IMG/VR virus record: IMGVR_UViG_3300048586_000134
Location: 1 to 25,702 of that record
DNA length: 25,702 nt
DNA from: a virus
Lineage: Duplodnaviria > Heunggongvirae > Uroviricota > Caudoviricetes
Reading direction: 5' to 3' (one strand)
Positions 22,914 to 25,702 of this stretch are shown here, piece after piece; the stretch's first letter is position 1; every line of letters begins with the position of its first letter. The translations under genes were made by a program, and so were the position numbers. Below the pieces are notes generated by a model. That model did not search any database, was not told where the DNA came from, and worked only from the letters and a program-made list of their open reading frames with translations.

Positions 22914-25702
22914 AACCCGTTACCGTATTCGACACATTTTCGCGCACACGCACGGATTTGTGGGGTACTGGCGACAGTGGACACACATGGTCGAACACAA
23001 ACAACTCTCGCTTCGATGTGAACGGTTCGGTAGGCACCATCTCGGTGCCTGCCAACCAATCGGCACACATTGCGTACCACAACGGCGAATCCGACACAAC
23101 CTGTCAAGTCTTGACACTCATGCGTTGGACGAGTAGCGCGGCCTCGCCGCTGACTGACGTTGGCCCTGCTTTGAGCCGCATCGATAACTCGACATACTAT
23201 ACGGTGGCGATTCAAGACCTTTACGACGAAGTTGCAATCGTTTTCTACCAGAATGGTACAAGATGGGAACTCAACCGTGCGGCAAAGACCGTTTCGAAGA
23301 ATACGTGGTATTGGGTACGTTTTGAGCGTACTTCGACGGCATTGCGTGCAAAGGTTTGGGCGCAAGGTACTACCGAACCATCTTCGTGGACCGTTACAAG
23401 CGGTCTCTGGTCTGGCTCAAACCCCCCTGCCTCGGGAAATCCTGGCTTCTACGCAAAAGGTAACGCGGATGCGTATAATGTAGAACTCGCAGCCTACTAC
23501 TTCTACAGCGGTGAGGACGACGAACCTGGCGTTCCTGTCAATGATACATTCGAGAGAGGTGTCACAACAGGTTGGGGTATGTCGGATAGTGGTCACGTAT
23601 GGGAAGGAAACTTCTCTCTTGATCCCGCGATCCGAACGAGAGCCGCTGAGGGCTTTGTCAACGATCCTGGCGACGGCTATGCTCAATACTCTATCGATAA
23701 CACCGACGAACACTATGGTTTCATTGGACCAAACCGCAGCACAAACATGGAGATTTACACTGAATTCTCCATCAACTCCGCTGCTGGTAGCACGATTCTG
23801 TATATCGGCCAACGTGGTACAATGGAAGTCGCGAGCGGTGCGGTCTCTGGTTACGGCTATGCGGTGAAGGTTACTTCTGGCGCTACGACCATTCCGATCA
23901 TGAAGAAAACATCGTCGGGTGGTTCGTGGACGCAGGTTGGTACAGCAAGCACGGTAACCGCACTCGTGGCAAATACCATTTATTCGGTGCGTTTTCAGCT
24001 TGTTGGTACAACACTTCAGGCGAGAATTTGGGTAGCAGGAACCGCAGAACCCGCGACTTGGCATTCGACAGGCACCGACTCCTCCATTACTGTTGGCCGT
24101 GCCTTTACAATGATCACACAGACGGTCACAACGACACGTCAGGTACGTTTCTACCGCTTCGATCATACGACTCCGACGCCACAGGCAACAACGACACACA
24201 CCACGACTGGTGCCATTACAACCGCACAACTGAACGACATTTCTGCTACACTGCGAGCAGCGTTCACGAACGACTCTAACTCGAATAACTCAGTAGTTGT
24301 GAGCTATCGTGTAGCGGGTACTCAAACATGGACCACGTTCGGCGGCACAGTTACTAGAACCGCCACGTATCACCAGTTTCAACTGACTGGACTGACTCCG
24401 AACACGAGTTATAACGTTCGCGTAGAATTCTCGGATGCTGACACAGTTGTTGGTACAAACCCTGTTCTCGCAACGATCACGACGACGAATCAAGGCGTTG
24501 TTACGGGAAATGTCACGATCACGGCGGTTGGTCCGTCTACGATAGACGTGGAAGCAACCTACACTGAAGACACGGACAACAACTCGACAGCGACTTTGGA
24601 CTATCGCGTAACATCTCAAACAACCACACTCGGCTCAGACAGCTTCAACGGCTTGACAGGAACCGAACTCTCAACTCATGTTGCTGATCTTGGTCCTGCG
24701 TGGGTCAAGCATCCAACAAGTGCGTCCAATACGTCACTTGCTCTCGTGAACAACCGCGTGCGGATGGTTTCTGATGCCACGAACAAGACGGTACGATACT
24801 ACCAAGACTTCAGTTCGATTGACAATCAGTACACTGTTTCAGCGCACTTTGTCTATCTTGGAGCAATGTCAAATACTGCACTCATTGGTCGCGCAAGTAA
24901 GACGTTGCTCACATACTATGGACTTTCTTACTCTGCCTCAGCAGGGAGATGGGAACTCTATAAGCAGGTTAGCGGCGTGTACACGCTTCTCGGTAGTTTT
25001 GCTGCCGTTGTCAACATCGATGACATTCACGTTGTTGAACTTGTCTTGCGTGATGATTACAAAGCTGCTATCATTGATGGTGTTGAACGCATTCGTTCGA
25101 CGGATAACACCATCGCCTCTGGTGTCCCAGGTTTAGCGCTCAGTTCTATCGTGGGTGCCGCAGAGCTACCCACGGAAACAAATCACGTGCTGGTTGACAA
25201 TTATACAGTGACGACACGTTCTATGGGCGGCTCGTGGACTTCGGCTGGTGCCATGACTGCTGATCGTGTCAACAAGAAATTCACCAAGCAATTGACTGGT
25301 CTCACGGCTGACACGGTGTACGAAGTTCGTGTTACCTACGCAGACACGTTCGGTGTTCGTGGTTTTAACCCGATCAGCGCGACGGCGATGACGACAGGAG
25401 CCGCTTCAGGACTCTTTGCGATTACGTCAACCGTGCAACCAACCTCTGTTGTTCTGGATGTTTTCTATTACTTTGACTCGAACGCAAACTCGTCATTAGC
25501 GATTGAGTATCGTTCAGTCATGGATTTCCTCTGGACAACTGTTCCATCAGGAAATATTCAGGTTGATCGTGGAGCCAAGAAATTCACGACGATCCTTTCC
25601 AGCCTCTCTCCTAACACAACCTATCAGGTTCGGGCAACGATTACCGATCCTGACGGCTTTATTCAAGGACTGCCGTCGCAACTCACTGGTCTGATTACGA
25701 CG
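22904..25702 (+). CDS. Large tail-tip / adhesin protein with lectin-like and FN3-like repeats (3'-truncated; absent from the ORF track)
   Basis: I translated frame 2 from ATG 22904 (MPIKPVTVFDTFSRT...; SD GAGGG) to the window end: 933 codons with no stop. It has two DTF.R...WG.(G/S)DSGH.W...VRF....L.A.(V/I)W..GT.EP..W repeats, three FN3-like repeats and one inserted beta-rich domain. Confidence 0.9.
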   Translation, partial: MPIKPVTVFDTFSRTRTDLWGTGDSGHTWSNTNNSRFDVNGSVGTISVPANQSAHIAYHNGESDTTCQVLTLMRWTSSAASPLTDVGPALSRIDNSTYYTVAIQDLYDEVAIVFYQNGTRWELNRAAKTVSKNTWYWVRFERTSTALRAKVWAQGTTEPSSWTVTSGLWSGSNPPASGNPGFYAKGNADAYNVELAAYYFYSGEDDEPGVPVNDTFERGVTTGWGMSDSGHVWEGNFSLDPAIRTRAAEGFVNDPGDGYAQYSIDNTDEHYGFIGPNRSTNMEIYTEFSINSAAGSTILYIGQRGTMEVASGAVSGYGYAVKVTSGATTIPIMKKTSSGGSWTQVGTASTVTALVANTIYSVRFQLVGTTLQARIWVAGTAEPATWHSTGTDSSITVGRAFTMITQTVTTTRQVRFYRFDHTTPTPQATTTHTTTGAITTAQLNDISATLRAAFTNDSNSNNSVVVSYRVAGTQTWTTFGGTVTRTATYHQFQLTGLTPNTSYNVRVEFSDADTVVGTNPVLATITTTNQGVVTGNVTITAVGPSTIDVEATYTEDTDNNSTATLDYRVTSQTTTLGSDSFNGLTGTELSTHVADLGPAWVKHPTSASNTSLALVNNRVRMVSDATNKTVRYYQDFSSIDNQYTVSAHFVYLGAMSNTALIGRASKTLLTYYGLSYSASAGRWELYKQVSGVYTLLGSFAAVVNIDDIHVVELVLRDDYKAAIIDGVERIRSTDNTIASGVPGLALSSIVGAAELPTETNHVLVDNYTVTTRSMGGSWTSAGAMTADRVNKKFTKQLTGLTADTVYEVRVTYADTFGVRGFNPISATAMTTGAASGLFAITSTVQPTSVVLDVFYYFDSNANSSLAIEYRSVMDFLWTTVPSGNIQVDRGAKKFTTILSSLSPNTTYQVRATITDPDGFIQGLPSQLTGLITT

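Larger units (their letters stand above)
1..25702 (+). mobile_element. Tailed phage (siphovirus-like) head-neck-tail morphogenesis module; free phage vs prophage not determinable
   Basis: Canonical gene order terminase-portal-protease-capsid-neck-tail tube-chaperone-tape measure-Dit. All genes are on the + strand and tightly packed with Shine-Dalgarno sites. There is no sheath gene (non-contractile tail), and no integrase or host genes are in view. Confidence 0.97.

Noticed and set aside
378-24619. Many minus-strand ORFs of 60-270 aa (e.g. 1620-2345, 4590-5330, 12851-13672, 20438-21127, 23417-24229)
   Set aside because: They lie antisense to well-supported structural genes, have no SD or recognisable motifs, and are the expected shadow of biased codon use on the + strand.
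38-25694. Alternative-frame + strand ORFs (e.g. 38-286, 2131-2757, 8281-8733, 15954-16802, and the short ORFs from 22920 to 25694)
   Set aside because: They are S/R-rich off-frame translations nested in real genes. Those after 22904 appear only because the ORF track missed the open-ended frame-2 gene.
1-25702. Stop-codon reassignment, CRISPR array, tRNA genes, diversity-generating retroelement
   Set aside because: TAA, TAG and TGA all end bona fide genes with full coding density. I saw no spaced direct repeats, cloverleaf, reverse transcriptase, or near-identical template/variable repeat pair in this window.
1-25702. Avoidance of degenerate sites GGYRCC, GRCGYC, GTYRAC, CYCGRG, GWGCWC, CMGCKG, GGWCC, CCWGG
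   Set aside because: Members are present (GGCACC, GGCGTC, GTTGAC/GTTAAC, CTCGGG, GTGCAC, CCGCTG, GGACC, CCTGG), so only specific palindromic members are missing.

Overview
This window is one uninterrupted + strand virion morphogenesis module of a long-tailed (siphovirus-like) dsDNA phage or prophage. In order, it carries: terminase large subunit (5' end cut by the window), HK97-type portal, prohead protease fused to an acidic scaffold, major capsid protein, two unknown small or acidic proteins, three neck proteins and the tail tube. Next come a tail assembly chaperone with a -1 frameshift extension, a 2575-aa tape measure protein, and a ~1565-aa protein made of lectin, FN3 and carbohydrate-binding modules fused in front of a distal-tail (Dit) domain. 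A free-standing HNH endonuclease follows, then a >933-aa lectin/FN3-like tail protein that runs off the right edge and is missing from the ORF track. The least ordinary observations are: (1) a Dit with ~1300 aa of N-terminal adhesin modules; (2) FN3-like repeats, shared by the two tail-tip genes, that appear to be split by inserted sugar-binding domains; (3) an HNH gene wedged between those two genes; (4) a nested scaffold start and recurring K-S/K-A putative maturation sites; (5) a strong terminator directly before the tape measure gene; (6) apparent avoidance of restriction-type motifs (CCGG, many hexamer palindromes, RGATCY, GRGCYC and an unfamiliar SAGCTS). All family assignments are by motif recognition and all motif scans were done by eye; no database search or computation was run. 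The host cannot be identified from this window.
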